From Candidatus Falkowbacteria bacterium RIFOXYC2_FULL_36_12 (GTDB taxonomy: Bacteria > Patescibacteriota > Patescibacteriia > UBA11705): 64,000 bases of DNA. Below the pieces are notes generated by a model. That model was not told where the DNA came from, did no database searches, and saw only the letters and a list, made by a program, of their open reading frames with translations. The translations under genes were made by a program, and so were the position numbers. This document shows positions 49,127 to 57,215 of the stretch, piece by piece. The stretch is taken from assembly GCA_001778235.1 (NCBI GenBank), contig MFGJ01000001.1:165605-229604 (forward strand). Reading direction: 5' to 3'. Position 1 is the stretch's first letter. Every line of letters begins with the position of its first letter.

Positions 49127-49624
49127 TTATTTAGTTTCTTCTGGTTTTGCTATTTCTTCTTTTACTGGTGTTTCAGTTTTTTCTTCAACTTTTTCTTCTT
49201 TTTTAATTTCTTCCTTTATTGGTTCTGTAATTGGTTCAGTTTTTTCTTGTTTCTCTTCTTCAGCGGGTTTTTGCTCTTTTTCCTGCTCCATAGCTTGTTT
49301 GGTTGCGGCTTTTTCAGCTTTTTCCTTTGTTTCTGTTTCAAGTTTACCTTGTCTTTTTTTGCTGATTGTACTGACGGATCGTTTCTTGCCAGAGATTATA
49401 TTATTGGAAATTAGCAAATTAGTGACTGTAGCTGATGGTTGAGCTCCTTGGGAAATCCAGTATTCAATACGATCTTTTTCGATAATAAGTTCATTGCTTC
49501 GAGGGTTGTATGAACCTAGAATTTCAAGGGTTTTACCCCATGGGTCTTTTTGTTTGTCCAAGGCAATAATTCGGTAATGAGGTTGCTTTTTTTTGCCTAT
49601 TCTTGAAAAGATAATTTTTACCAT
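49127..49624 (-). CDS. rpsP: 30S ribosomal protein S16 with a long Lys/Glu-rich C-terminal tail
   Basis: MVKIIFSRIGKKKQPHYRIIALD...YWISQGAQPSATV. Confidence 0.9.
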   Translation of the reverse strand: MVKIIFSRIGKKKQPHYRIIALDKQKDPWGKTLEILGSYNPRSNELIIEKDRIEYWISQGAQPSATVTNLLISNNIISGKKRSVSTISKKRQGKLETETKEKAEKAATKQAMEQEKEQKPAEEEKQEKTEPITEPIKEEIKKEEKVEEKTETPVKEEIAKPEETK

Positions 49625-49814
49625 AGTTATTTAGTGCTATTAGCCTTTGCTATTAGCTTTGAAGTTAGTTTTTTAGAAAAATGACGGTTTGATTAGTTTT
49701 TACTAATTAACATTGAGCATGTTAGGTCTATAATAGTTTTTTTTTAGGGAAAAGTCAAGTTATTGACGGAATTTTCAGTTTTTGATAAGCTGGGGTGTTT
49801 GATAATGAGGAGTA

Positions 49815-49843
49815 TTGACATTTTTAATAAAAAATGATATAAT
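49815..49843 (+). promoter_or_regulatory. Consensus sigma70 promoter TTGACA-N17-TATAAT
   Basis: Perfect -35 and -10 hexamers with a 17-nt spacer, about 115 nt upstream of the ORF at 49957. Confidence 0.6.
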
Positions 49844-49956
49844 ATAGTGTTGTAAATAAGTTACAGCATGTTATGCATGGAGATTTTTGGCTAAAATTAA
49901 CAGAATAAGATCAGTTTTTGAGAGTTTCTGTGTAGTTCTAGTCATAAAAATCTTTT

Positions 49957-50544
49957 ATGCAAAATAAGCTAAATATGAAAAGAATTGAAATTAATACGCA
50001 ATCAACTGTTCTTGAAAAAGTTGGTTTTGGTGTAATTTTAATTGCATTTCTAGCCAATATATTTTACCCTAATATAGTTTATGCTGAAGATATCAGTTCG
50101 CTTAGCACTATCCCTACCGAGCTTGCCAGTTTGACTGGTACTGATATTTTAGCTAAACGATTTGCTGAAGCAGAAAAAAAATATGTTTCAGTCACAAAAA
50201 ATGTTAGTGAAAAAAAAGTTGAGGAAATTACTTCTGAAGGGAAAGTAATGCGTGTAAGTTCAACAGCTTATTCATCTGATGTAGCTCAAACCGATGCTAC
50301 TCCATGTATTACAGCTGATGGATTTAATGTTTGTGCCAATGGTCAGGAAAATGTAGTTGCTGCTAACTTTTTGCCGTTCGGTACAAAAATTAAAATTCCA
50401 GAACTTTTCGGCGATCGTGTCTTTACTGTACACGACCGTATGAATAAACGATACTATTATAAAGTTGATATCTGGATGACTTCTCGTGACCGTGCTATTC
50501 AGTACGGTGTACGAAATATTAAGATTGTCATTCTTGATAAATAA
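49957..50544 (+). CDS. 3D-domain (MltA-like) cell-wall protein
   Basis: TATPCITADGFNV...AANFLPFGTKIKIP...DRVFTVHDRMNKRYYYKVDIWM. Confidence 0.65.
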   Translation: MQNKLNMKRIEINTQSTVLEKVGFGVILIAFLANIFYPNIVYAEDISSLSTIPTELASLTGTDILAKRFAEAEKKYVSVTKNVSEKKVEEITSEGKVMRVSSTAYSSDVAQTDATPCITADGFNVCANGQENVVAANFLPFGTKIKIPELFGDRVFTVHDRMNKRYYYKVDIWMTSRDRAIQYGVRNIKIVILDK

Positions 50545-50552
50545 ACTTTTCA

Positions 50553-50578
50553 AAAACGAGCCTGATGGCTCGTTTTTG
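50553..50578 (+). terminator. Rho-independent terminator aaacgagcc-tgat-ggctcgttttt
   Basis: Hairpin plus T-run. A similar hairpin lies at 56953-56985. Confidence 0.65.
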
Positions 50579-50647
50579 TTTGGTATAAGATGGAAAAATT
50601 ATAGTTCAGCTGATGGTTTGCTCCTATACTATATTTTTGGTAATTTG

Positions 50648-50983
50648 TTAGAATTTTTCAAATAGCAATAAAGTTGATAGATAACCGAAAGTGATGATTA
50701 CGAGTAATCCAGAGATTGTAATAACTACTGCTTGCATCCAAGTTGTATTTAGCTGTTTTTTAATTGGCCAGAGTAAACAAATAATTGTTGCTATCGTAGT
50801 TGAGAAGGGGAATAAATTTTTAAAGACACTTCCCAATAGTAAACCGATAAATGTAAGAAGTAATAAATGTTTATAATTTAGATTATTGCTAACGACTTTT
50901 AACTTGTTTCCAACTATCAGCATTATTGCTGGGGCAATGAATAGACTAACAAGCGGGGCCAACAACCATGTTAGTAATGTCAT
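50648..50983 (-). CDS. Membrane protein, hypothetical
   Basis: 3 TM ORF. Confidence 0.3.
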   Translation of the reverse strand: MTLLTWLLAPLVSLFIAPAIMLIVGNKLKVVSNNLNYKHLLLLTFIGLLLGSVFKNLFPFSTTIATIICLLWPIKKQLNTTWMQAVVITISGLLVIITFGYLSTLLLFEKF

Positions 50984-51290
50984 AATGTTTAGTAAAATTA
51001 AATTAGTAAAATTAAAATGGAAAGAAAATTTAATTTTTTATTTTATAATGTTGCTAAATTCACGATGTGATATAACTTGCTGTTTTGTTCTGCGTCCTCA
51101 ACTTTAAATACATAGCGAATTCCGTCTTTATCATACATAGAATATGTTCCAGCTCCTAAATCTTCTGATGTATTATTTGTTGTGTAGGTTGTAAATTCAA
51201 TTGCGAAGTAAACCTCCGAAACGAACGAGCAATTTTGAACCCAATATGCCGTGCTAGCGAATGTAAATAAATTCGCGAGCGGATAGCGAG

Positions 51291-52424
51291 TTATTGTTTG
51301 CGAATTCGCTCTATTTCTTTAACATCCTTTACTTTTCGTCTCATCTTGTTTAATTCTTGTCGTTTTTGATTATTTTTTTCTTCAACTCCAAAAAGGCTAA
51401 TAGCGATAGCTAATATGTTATCAATTGATTTATCTTCCGATTCTACAATTTTTTTTCCTAATTTTTTTAGCCCTTCTGTCATATCTTCTCGTTTCTGAAA
51501 TTCGGGCTGGTTTTGCATAAGATCGAAAATTTCGTTCGCATTCATTTCTGGTCTGATTTGATTGGCGAAACCCTCAAAAATTTTTCGTCCGCGTTCAACA
51601 TTTGCCTTAAATTCATCTTCATAAACTTTTTCTATATCATCAATATCTTCTTCTGTGATTCTGCCTGTTTCAATTAATTTTTCTGCATCGGTAACATCAT
51701 AATTTCTACCTTGATGGAGCTTATAGTAAAGTACTTTTCCAGGATGTGAAATATTAATTTGTCTGCCTTGAAATTCTAGTGGTTGCGGTTGAACCCACTT
51801 TTCTGGAATAGGCGTGCGCGAAACACCTAAAGGTTTACCAGTCTCATCCCTTTGAATAATATGAACATCCACAAAATTTAATGCTTTATCTCGGCGAATT
51901 TTCCCATTTTCATCTATAGCCGCGATTAGCATGTGCTCTGTATCTAATTCGGCGAAATTCCTGAAACTTACTCGCCTCATTATTTTATTTTTGGTTTTAT
52001 CTTCTGTGCGAGATAAAAATAAGCCATACCCATTTTTAAGCAACTGCACCTCCAATGCTTCGAGTTCGTCTTTCTCTACCGAGATATCAACATCTTTATG
52101 TTCTCCTATGTATTTCTCAGGGTTTTCGCCAGCGCCATTCATTAAGGATATATTCAAAGCTCCATCAAGGTGCCAATTCAAATCAGACCCTTCAAATGCT
52201 TGGCCTAATTCTTCGATGCTTTGATTCATTTTTTTAACAATTTCAGGAGAAGGCCTTTTGCGGATGAAATTTTCATCAATTTTTCCAGTAAAATCTTCCC
52301 ATGGCGGTTGCTCCTGCTCGTAATATTCAGCCCGAATTTCAGAAGCACGCCTTTGTTCATCCGTCATCATGCTTTCGGCTTTGTTAATTTCCTCTTGTGT
52401 TGGATTGTATTTTTCTGGATTCAT
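51291..52424 (-). CDS. Putative nucleotidyltransferase of the ANT(2'')/Lnu-like family (tentative), with a long C-terminal helical region
   Basis: NWHLDGALNISLMNG...HKDVDISV resembles the W.LDGGWG.DAL.G...R.H.DID motif of aminoglycoside-2''/lincosamide nucleotidyltransferases. Confidence 0.4.
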   Translation of the reverse strand: MNPEKYNPTQEEINKAESMMTDEQRRASEIRAEYYEQEQPPWEDFTGKIDENFIRKRPSPEIVKKMNQSIEELGQAFEGSDLNWHLDGALNISLMNGAGENPEKYIGEHKDVDISVEKDELEALEVQLLKNGYGLFLSRTEDKTKNKIMRRVSFRNFAELDTEHMLIAAIDENGKIRRDKALNFVDVHIIQRDETGKPLGVSRTPIPEKWVQPQPLEFQGRQINISHPGKVLYYKLHQGRNYDVTDAEKLIETGRITEEDIDDIEKVYEDEFKANVERGRKIFEGFANQIRPEMNANEIFDLMQNQPEFQKREDMTEGLKKLGKKIVESEDKSIDNILAIAISLFGVEEKNNQKRQELNKMRRKVKDVKEIERIRKQ

Positions 52425-52569
52425 AAAAATAAAATTTGTCCAAGTAATTTTTCTGCGATAGCAGAAAAGAATTTAATTATTTCAGCTAACATCCGCGTGT
52501 ATGCGATGTCCGAGCGAAGTGAGGATATGGGTGCCAGCCGCATACACGCTGTTAGGCGACGTATCTTAA

Positions 52570-52761
52570 TTAAAAAAATACGCCAATTAACCCACCAATA
52601 ATTCCGGTTAGTATAATAATTTTCCAGCTTGGAAACCGTTTTTTTGTTAGCCGATATATTATTATTGTTGGAACTAAGAAAATAGCAGCACTAATGATGA
52701 ATACAAGAATGATGCCCAGTGCAATCCCCAGTTTAAATGTGTCACTAAATAAATAAATCAT
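52570..52761 (-). CDS. Small membrane protein (2 TM), hypothetical
   Basis: Hydrophobic ORF. Confidence 0.3.
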   Translation of the reverse strand: MIYLFSDTFKLGIALGIILVFIISAAIFLVPTIIIYRLTKKRFPSWKIIILTGIIGGLIGVFF

Positions 52762-52774
52762 ATTAAATTTAGAT

Positions 52775-53050
52775 ATGTCGTTGAATGGGCTGCGCCTAAT
52801 GCGAAGTTGCGGACGGGTAGCGGAGCTATCCGACAGGCAATTTCGTATAGGCGCTGTTGTGCGCTTGTCCGCCTAAGGCGGGATGCCATGCGAGCACACA
52901 GCGCCGGAGGCGCAGCCCATTGTGCAAAACAACGGGAGCGACACGCGGAGCGTGTGCGAGCGGTTTTGCACAATGTTTCGGCATCATCCGAAGTTGCGTA
53001 GCAATTTAGGTGGAGCGTAGCGGAACCAGATATGCCGTGTTGTGCGATGT
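52775..53050. repeat. GC-rich structured repeat, copy A (15-bp terminal inverted repeats aatgggctgcgcct/aggcgcagcccatt, plus a second palindrome tgtgcaaaac...gttttgcaca)
   Basis: Near-identical to 54336-54610 and 55150-55330. Very high GC relative to the surrounding sequence. Confidence 0.85.
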
Positions 53051-53074
53051 TCAAAAAATATTTTTCATTCCTTT

Positions 53075-53464
53075 TTATTTTGACAGGCTTTCATCTATAA
53101 ACAATTTTAACGCGTCAATATCTTTAGTATTTTGGTCGTAATGAAATGTATTAACACCAACAGATTGAGCGCTCTTTACAGCATCTAAATTATGCTCAAA
53201 ATACACAACATCTTTTACTTCAAGATTAAAATGCTTGAGCATAGTTTCAAAATATTTCGGATCTGTTTTTTCGGGGTCATGTTTAAGCGTAAAGACTTCG
53301 TAGGGCATCTTATTTAGGCCAAACATTTCCATCTCCTCATCATTAGCACCAGTCAAGATGATTTTCTTGTTTGGGTATTGCTCAAGCATTTTATACATTT
53401 CATTAAAGACACCCTCGCCCTTTATTACAAAAGCGTTAATTGCATCTACTAAAATTGTTTTCAT
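53075..53464 (-). CDS. Small HAD-like hydrolase (tentative)
   Basis: ILVDAINAF at the N-terminus and VVYFEHNLDAVKSAQSVG near the C-terminus are compatible with a short HAD-family fold. Confidence 0.35.
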   Translation of the reverse strand: MKTILVDAINAFVIKGEGVFNEMYKMLEQYPNKKIILTGANDEEMEMFGLNKMPYEVFTLKHDPEKTDPKYFETMLKHFNLEVKDVVYFEHNLDAVKSAQSVGVNTFHYDQNTKDIDALKLFIDESLSK

Positions 53465-53685
53465 AAGCGCCTGTCAAAATTATTAATAAAAGGAAAAATA
53501 TTTTTTGAATTTCGCACAACGTTAGTGATAAACGAAGTTCGTTTGACTGAAAGGAAAACGAATTTGGGAAAATGCCGAGCCGAGGCATTTTCCGGTTATC
53601 ACTTGTTGTACGACCCGAGGTCTGCCTTCCTTATTATTAATTAAGAAAAGGCAGGCCGAGAGCGCAGCGAGGCTTGATTTTTACT

Positions 53686-54303
53686 TTAAGAAATATTTTT
53701 TATAACTCCATAAATAGCTATCTTTTTTTTGTTTCTTTTTGCCCACCAAATATCGCCATATGACCAATGCCAGTATTCCTTTGGGTAATTAGACAAACCA
53801 GCTTTTTTCAGGGAGGCGAACATAGTTTCTCTATTTTGCTGAATGTATTTTGATAATTTAGGCTGAAATGATTTGGCGTTTTCCTGATATGTTAATTTTG
53901 AACTTTTCATCGGGATTTTTCTACCGTTTTTCCATAATCTTAAATCAACCGCCCCTCCTGTCATATGCCCAGAAGCGTTTTTACCGTCAGAAGGAGCAAC
54001 GTATTTCTCAACCTCTTTTATGATTTTGTCTTTAGTCCAGGAGGGGTGTTTTTTAGAAAAACGATCAATAAACCATTTTTTAATTTCTTCTTGAACATAT
54101 TGAGGCCGCCATGCATCATTAATTATGAATGTCATTCCATCTGGCAATTCTTTTTCAGCGCGCCAAATCATTTCAGCCACTGTTTTTCTTAGGTAGGCTG
54201 TTTTTTCTTTCTTCATTCGTCGCTTACCTAAATTGATAATTATATTTGGGCAAACTTTATTTATATTAACTAATGGTTCATTACATTCTTTGATATTTAT
54301 CAT
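53686..54303 (-). CDS. Peptidase M15 family D-Ala-D-Ala carboxypeptidase/dipeptidase (VanY/VanX-like)
   Basis: SGHMTGGAVDL (S.H...G.A.D) and EYWHWSYG (E.WHW) zinc-ligand motifs. Confidence 0.6.
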   Translation of the reverse strand: MINIKECNEPLVNINKVCPNIIINLGKRRMKKEKTAYLRKTVAEMIWRAEKELPDGMTFIINDAWRPQYVQEEIKKWFIDRFSKKHPSWTKDKIIKEVEKYVAPSDGKNASGHMTGGAVDLRLWKNGRKIPMKSSKLTYQENAKSFQPKLSKYIQQNRETMFASLKKAGLSNYPKEYWHWSYGDIWWAKRNKKKIAIYGVIKNIS

Positions 54304-54335
54304 AAAAAATATTTCTTAAAGTAAAATTTCGTACA

Positions 54336-54610
54336 ATGGGCTGCGCCTAATGCGAAGTTGCGGACGGGTAGCGGAGCTACCCGACGGGCAATGTCGCATA
54401 GGCGCTGTTGTGCGATGCCATAGCGAGCACACAGCGCCGGAGGCGCAGCCCATTGTGCAAAACAACGGGAGCGACACGCGGAGCGTGTGCGAGCGGTTTT
54501 GCACAACGTTGCCGATATCCGAAGTTTTCTGAAGCGAAGCGAAAGAAAATTTGGGTGAGCATTTGGCGGAGCCAAGCGCGAACCAGATATCGAGCTGTTA
54601 TGTGATGTAA
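54336..54610. repeat. GC-rich structured repeat, copy B
   Basis: Direct comparison with copies A and C. Confidence 0.85.
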
Positions 54611-54649
54611 TTTAATTAACGAGCGATAGCGAGTGTTGTTGGGGCAAAT

Positions 54650-55087
54650 TTATTTAATCTTGAATTCAGGAGTAGTTTCGTTTTTAAGTTCCTTTTTCCA
54701 GTTTGTTAGCTCAAAATATTGCTCAATGTCGCCAGCTTTATGTATGTGTTGTTCCGTTGGTTTTATTTCATCCAAATTTTCAATTACTAATTGGTTTTCA
54801 TCAAATTTCCTTGCCACTCCTTCTTCGACTTCCACTTCGTAAATGTAAACTTCTTTTTCAGGATTAAATAACTCAGGATTCTCAAACTCAATTGTATCGT
54901 TTTCATGATTAATACGTGTCACTCCATCGGGTCTTGCTGCCATAGCTAGCGCGTATTTATAATGCGGTGTTAAATAGATTCCGTCTTTTAATTCGTCTTC
55001 AGGGACTTCAACTCCTTCTCCTGCTTGCGCCTGCATCTTTTTAATTGTTTTAAGATTTCCATTTCTGGAGCCGTGATATAGTTTCAT
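54650..55087 (-). CDS. Hypothetical protein
   Basis: 145-aa ORF. No recognisable motif. Confidence 0.4.
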   Translation of the reverse strand: MKLYHGSRNGNLKTIKKMQAQAGEGVEVPEDELKDGIYLTPHYKYALAMAARPDGVTRINHENDTIEFENPELFNPEKEVYIYEVEVEEGVARKFDENQLVIENLDEIKPTEQHIHKAGDIEQYFELTNWKKELKNETTPEFKIK

Positions 55088-55149
55088 ACTAAAAGATTAA
55101 ATAAATTTGCCCCAACAACATTTTTGCAAGAGCAAAAATAATTAAATTA

Positions 55150-55330
55150 TTTCACATAATGGGCTGCGCCTAATGCGAAGTTGCGGACGGGTAGCGGAGC
55201 TACCCGACGGGCAATGTCGCATAGGCGCTGTTGTGCGATGCCATAGCGAGCACACAGCGCCGGAGGCGCAGCCCATTGTGCAAAACAACGGGAGCGACAC
55301 GCGGAGCGTGTGCGAGCGGTTTTGCACAAC
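55150..55330. repeat. GC-rich structured repeat, copy C (between the first cassette-like gene and the recombinase gene)
   Basis: Direct comparison. Confidence 0.85.
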
Positions 55331-55389
55331 TCCTTTTATGCGAAGTTAATTTATTTTATGGTATAATAAGTGCATAAAGGGAGTTTGAA

Positions 55390-56268
55390 TTGCTTAAAAT
55401 AGCAATTCATAAGTATATTATGATTATAGCAAATCAAAAAATAAAATCAAAACAACTAGATACTTTGATTAGTTTGAAAAATGAGCTTAAATTGAGGAAT
55501 TATTCTCCAAAAACATGTAAATCTTATATTGGGGTTAATTTGAGGTTTTTGGATTGGTTTGGAAAATCTCCGAGAGAAGTCAAAAATGAGGATATTCGGA
55601 GATATTTGGAGGATTTACGACATAGGGGAATTAGTGCTTCAACTCTTAGTGTTGATATTAATGCACTTAAATTTTATTATACAAAAGTATTAAAACGGAA
55701 GTTTTTTTCTGACATAAAACATCCCAAACAAAGACAAAGTTTGCCTGTAGTCTTATCAGTTTCTGAAGCAAAATTGTTGATAGACTCAACTAAAAATGAA
55801 AAATATAGGTTCGCTTTTTGCTTAATGTATGGTAGTGGACTTAGGTTGTCTGAAGTTTTAGATTTACGAGTTGCTGATATTGATTTTGATAGAAAAGTTA
55901 TTCATATCAAAGCGGGTAAAGGAAATAAGGATAGGATTACAATTTTGGCTGAAAAAATGATCCCTAACTTAAAATTATTTGTAAAAGATAGAGAGTCTGA
56001 TCAATTTGTTATCTTTGGTCTGGCTGGTCAAAAATTGACTGCAAGATCAGTGCAAAAAATGTTTCAAAAATCTTTATCTGAAGCACAAATTAGGAAACCA
56101 GCAACTTGCCATTCGCTTCGTCATTCATTTGCGACGCATCTACTTGAAAATGGTACTGATATTCGATATATTCAAGAGTTATTAGGTCATAAGAAGTTAG
56201 AAACAACACAGATTTATACTCATGTAACAAATTCTGTGTTGAAAAATATTGAAAGTCCTTATCAATAA
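55390..56268 (+). CDS. Tyrosine site-specific recombinase (XerC/XerD-like phage-integrase family)
   Basis: GLRLSEVLDLRVADID (Arg I), HSLRHSFATHLLENGTDIRYIQELLGHKKLETTQIYTHV (box II with catalytic Tyr). Confidence 0.8.
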   Translation: MLKIAIHKYIMIIANQKIKSKQLDTLISLKNELKLRNYSPKTCKSYIGVNLRFLDWFGKSPREVKNEDIRRYLEDLRHRGISASTLSVDINALKFYYTKVLKRKFFSDIKHPKQRQSLPVVLSVSEAKLLIDSTKNEKYRFAFCLMYGSGLRLSEVLDLRVADIDFDRKVIHIKAGKGNKDRITILAEKMIPNLKLFVKDRESDQFVIFGLAGQKLTARSVQKMFQKSLSEAQIRKPATCHSLRHSFATHLLENGTDIRYIQELLGHKKLETTQIYTHVTNSVLKNIESPYQ

Positions 56269-56288
56269 TATTTAATTAAATTAATTGT

Positions 56289-56948
56289 ATGAAAAAGAAA
56301 AAAATTATAAGTTTTCTGCTTGCAGGTTTGATGCTGATGTTTGCTTTACCAGTTTATTCGGCAACCAGCGAACTACCTGTTCGAGGGAGAATATTGCTTC
56401 AGGTTGAGGAGCATGGTGAGGCGTATTATGTGCCTGTAAATGAATACAAAAAGTATTATCTTGGCAGGCCAGATGATGCCTTTGCAATTATGCGAGAATT
56501 TGGCGTGGGAATTAGTAATAAGGATTTAACAAACATTCCGATTGCTAATTTTAATCTAAATGTGGCTTTTGATAGCGTGAGATTTGGAGATAGTGATGAG
56601 GATGGTTTGTCAGATGCAGTTGAGCGCTCATTTGGTACAAAGGTTAATCTTAAGGATACTGATGGCGATGGATTTAGTGACTATACTGAAATTATAAATG
56701 GTTATAGTCCACTTGACCCAAAGATTAATAGCAAAATAGTAACTGACAAAAGGTTTGCGAGTAAACATTTAGGAAAAATATTTTTGCAAGTTGAGAGTCT
56801 TGGGGAGGCTTGGTATGTGAATCCGGTTGATGGCAAAAGATATTTTCTAGGGAAACCGGAGGATGCTTTTTCGATAATGCACTATTTAGGGCTAGGAATT
56901 TCAAACAAAGATATAAATACAATACCGACGGTTGTTGGAATAAGATAA
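56289..56948 (+). CDS. Secreted protein with two ~50-aa internal repeats flanking a D-x-D-x-DG calcium-binding-like segment
   Basis: Signal peptide. Repeats GRILLQVEEHGEAYYVPVNEYKKYYLGRPDDAFAIM... and GKIFLQVESLGEAWYVNPVDGKRYFLGKPEDAFSIM... . DSDEDGLSD / DTDGDGFSD. Confidence 0.45.
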   Translation: MKKKKIISFLLAGLMLMFALPVYSATSELPVRGRILLQVEEHGEAYYVPVNEYKKYYLGRPDDAFAIMREFGVGISNKDLTNIPIANFNLNVAFDSVRFGDSDEDGLSDAVERSFGTKVNLKDTDGDGFSDYTEIINGYSPLDPKINSKIVTDKRFASKHLGKIFLQVESLGEAWYVNPVDGKRYFLGKPEDAFSIMHYLGLGISNKDINTIPTVVGIR

Positions 56949-56952
56949 TTAT

Positions 56953-56985
56953 AAAAAAAACGAGCCAGGTGGCTCGTTTTGTGTT
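56953..56985 (+). terminator. Rho-independent terminator aaaacgagcc-aggt-ggctcgtttt
   Basis: Hairpin plus T-run. Confidence 0.65.
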
Positions 56986-57004
56986 TGGAATAAAAAAAGT
57001 TTTC

Positions 57005-57079
57005 TGGAGGCCACGATCGGATTTGAACCGATGAATGACGGTTTTGCAAACCGTTGCCTTACCACTTGGCTACGTGGCC
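57005..57079 (-). tRNA. tRNA-Cys (anticodon GCA)
   Basis: GGCCACG...ACGGT-TTGCAAA-ACCGT...ATCGGTTCAAATCCGAT-CGTGGCC-TCCA. Confidence 0.85.
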
Positions 57080-57215
57080 ACAAACAGAAAACTAAAATAA
57101 TTATACTATAGAAAATGGTGTTTGTAAAGGCTAGAACTTTACTTTTTTGTTTAATGGGCTAAAATGTAATTGTATGTTTAATGTGTTGCCACAACCCCCG
57201 AGACAAGGAGGGATA

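Noticed and set aside
49056-49442. ORFs 49056..49442 and 49118..49414 on the plus strand (Phe/Ser-rich)
   Set aside because: They are antisense to the low-complexity Lys/Glu tail of rpsP, so they are compositional artefacts.
52490-52550. Group II intron domain V-like sequence (gcgtgtatgcgatg...cgcatacacgc)
   Set aside because: The stem encloses a 32-nt loop rather than a GNRA tetraloop with the AGC triad/bulge. No intron-encoded protein or other domains nearby.
52758-55329. GC-rich short ORFs (52758..53054, 52807..53001, 54300..54575, 54316..54504, 54350..54532, 54377..54562, 54408..54605, 55142..55327, 55147..55329)
   Set aside because: All fall inside the three GC-rich palindromic repeats, overlap one another on both strands, and have Arg/Ala-rich composition. 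They are repeat artefacts, not genes.
55150-55390. Canonical class-1-type integron attI/attC call
   Set aside because: I could not identify clean R''(RYYYAAC)/R'(GTTRRRY) cores, and the recombinase is 292 aa (XerD-like length) without an evident IntI-specific insertion. I kept it only as an integron-like hypothesis.
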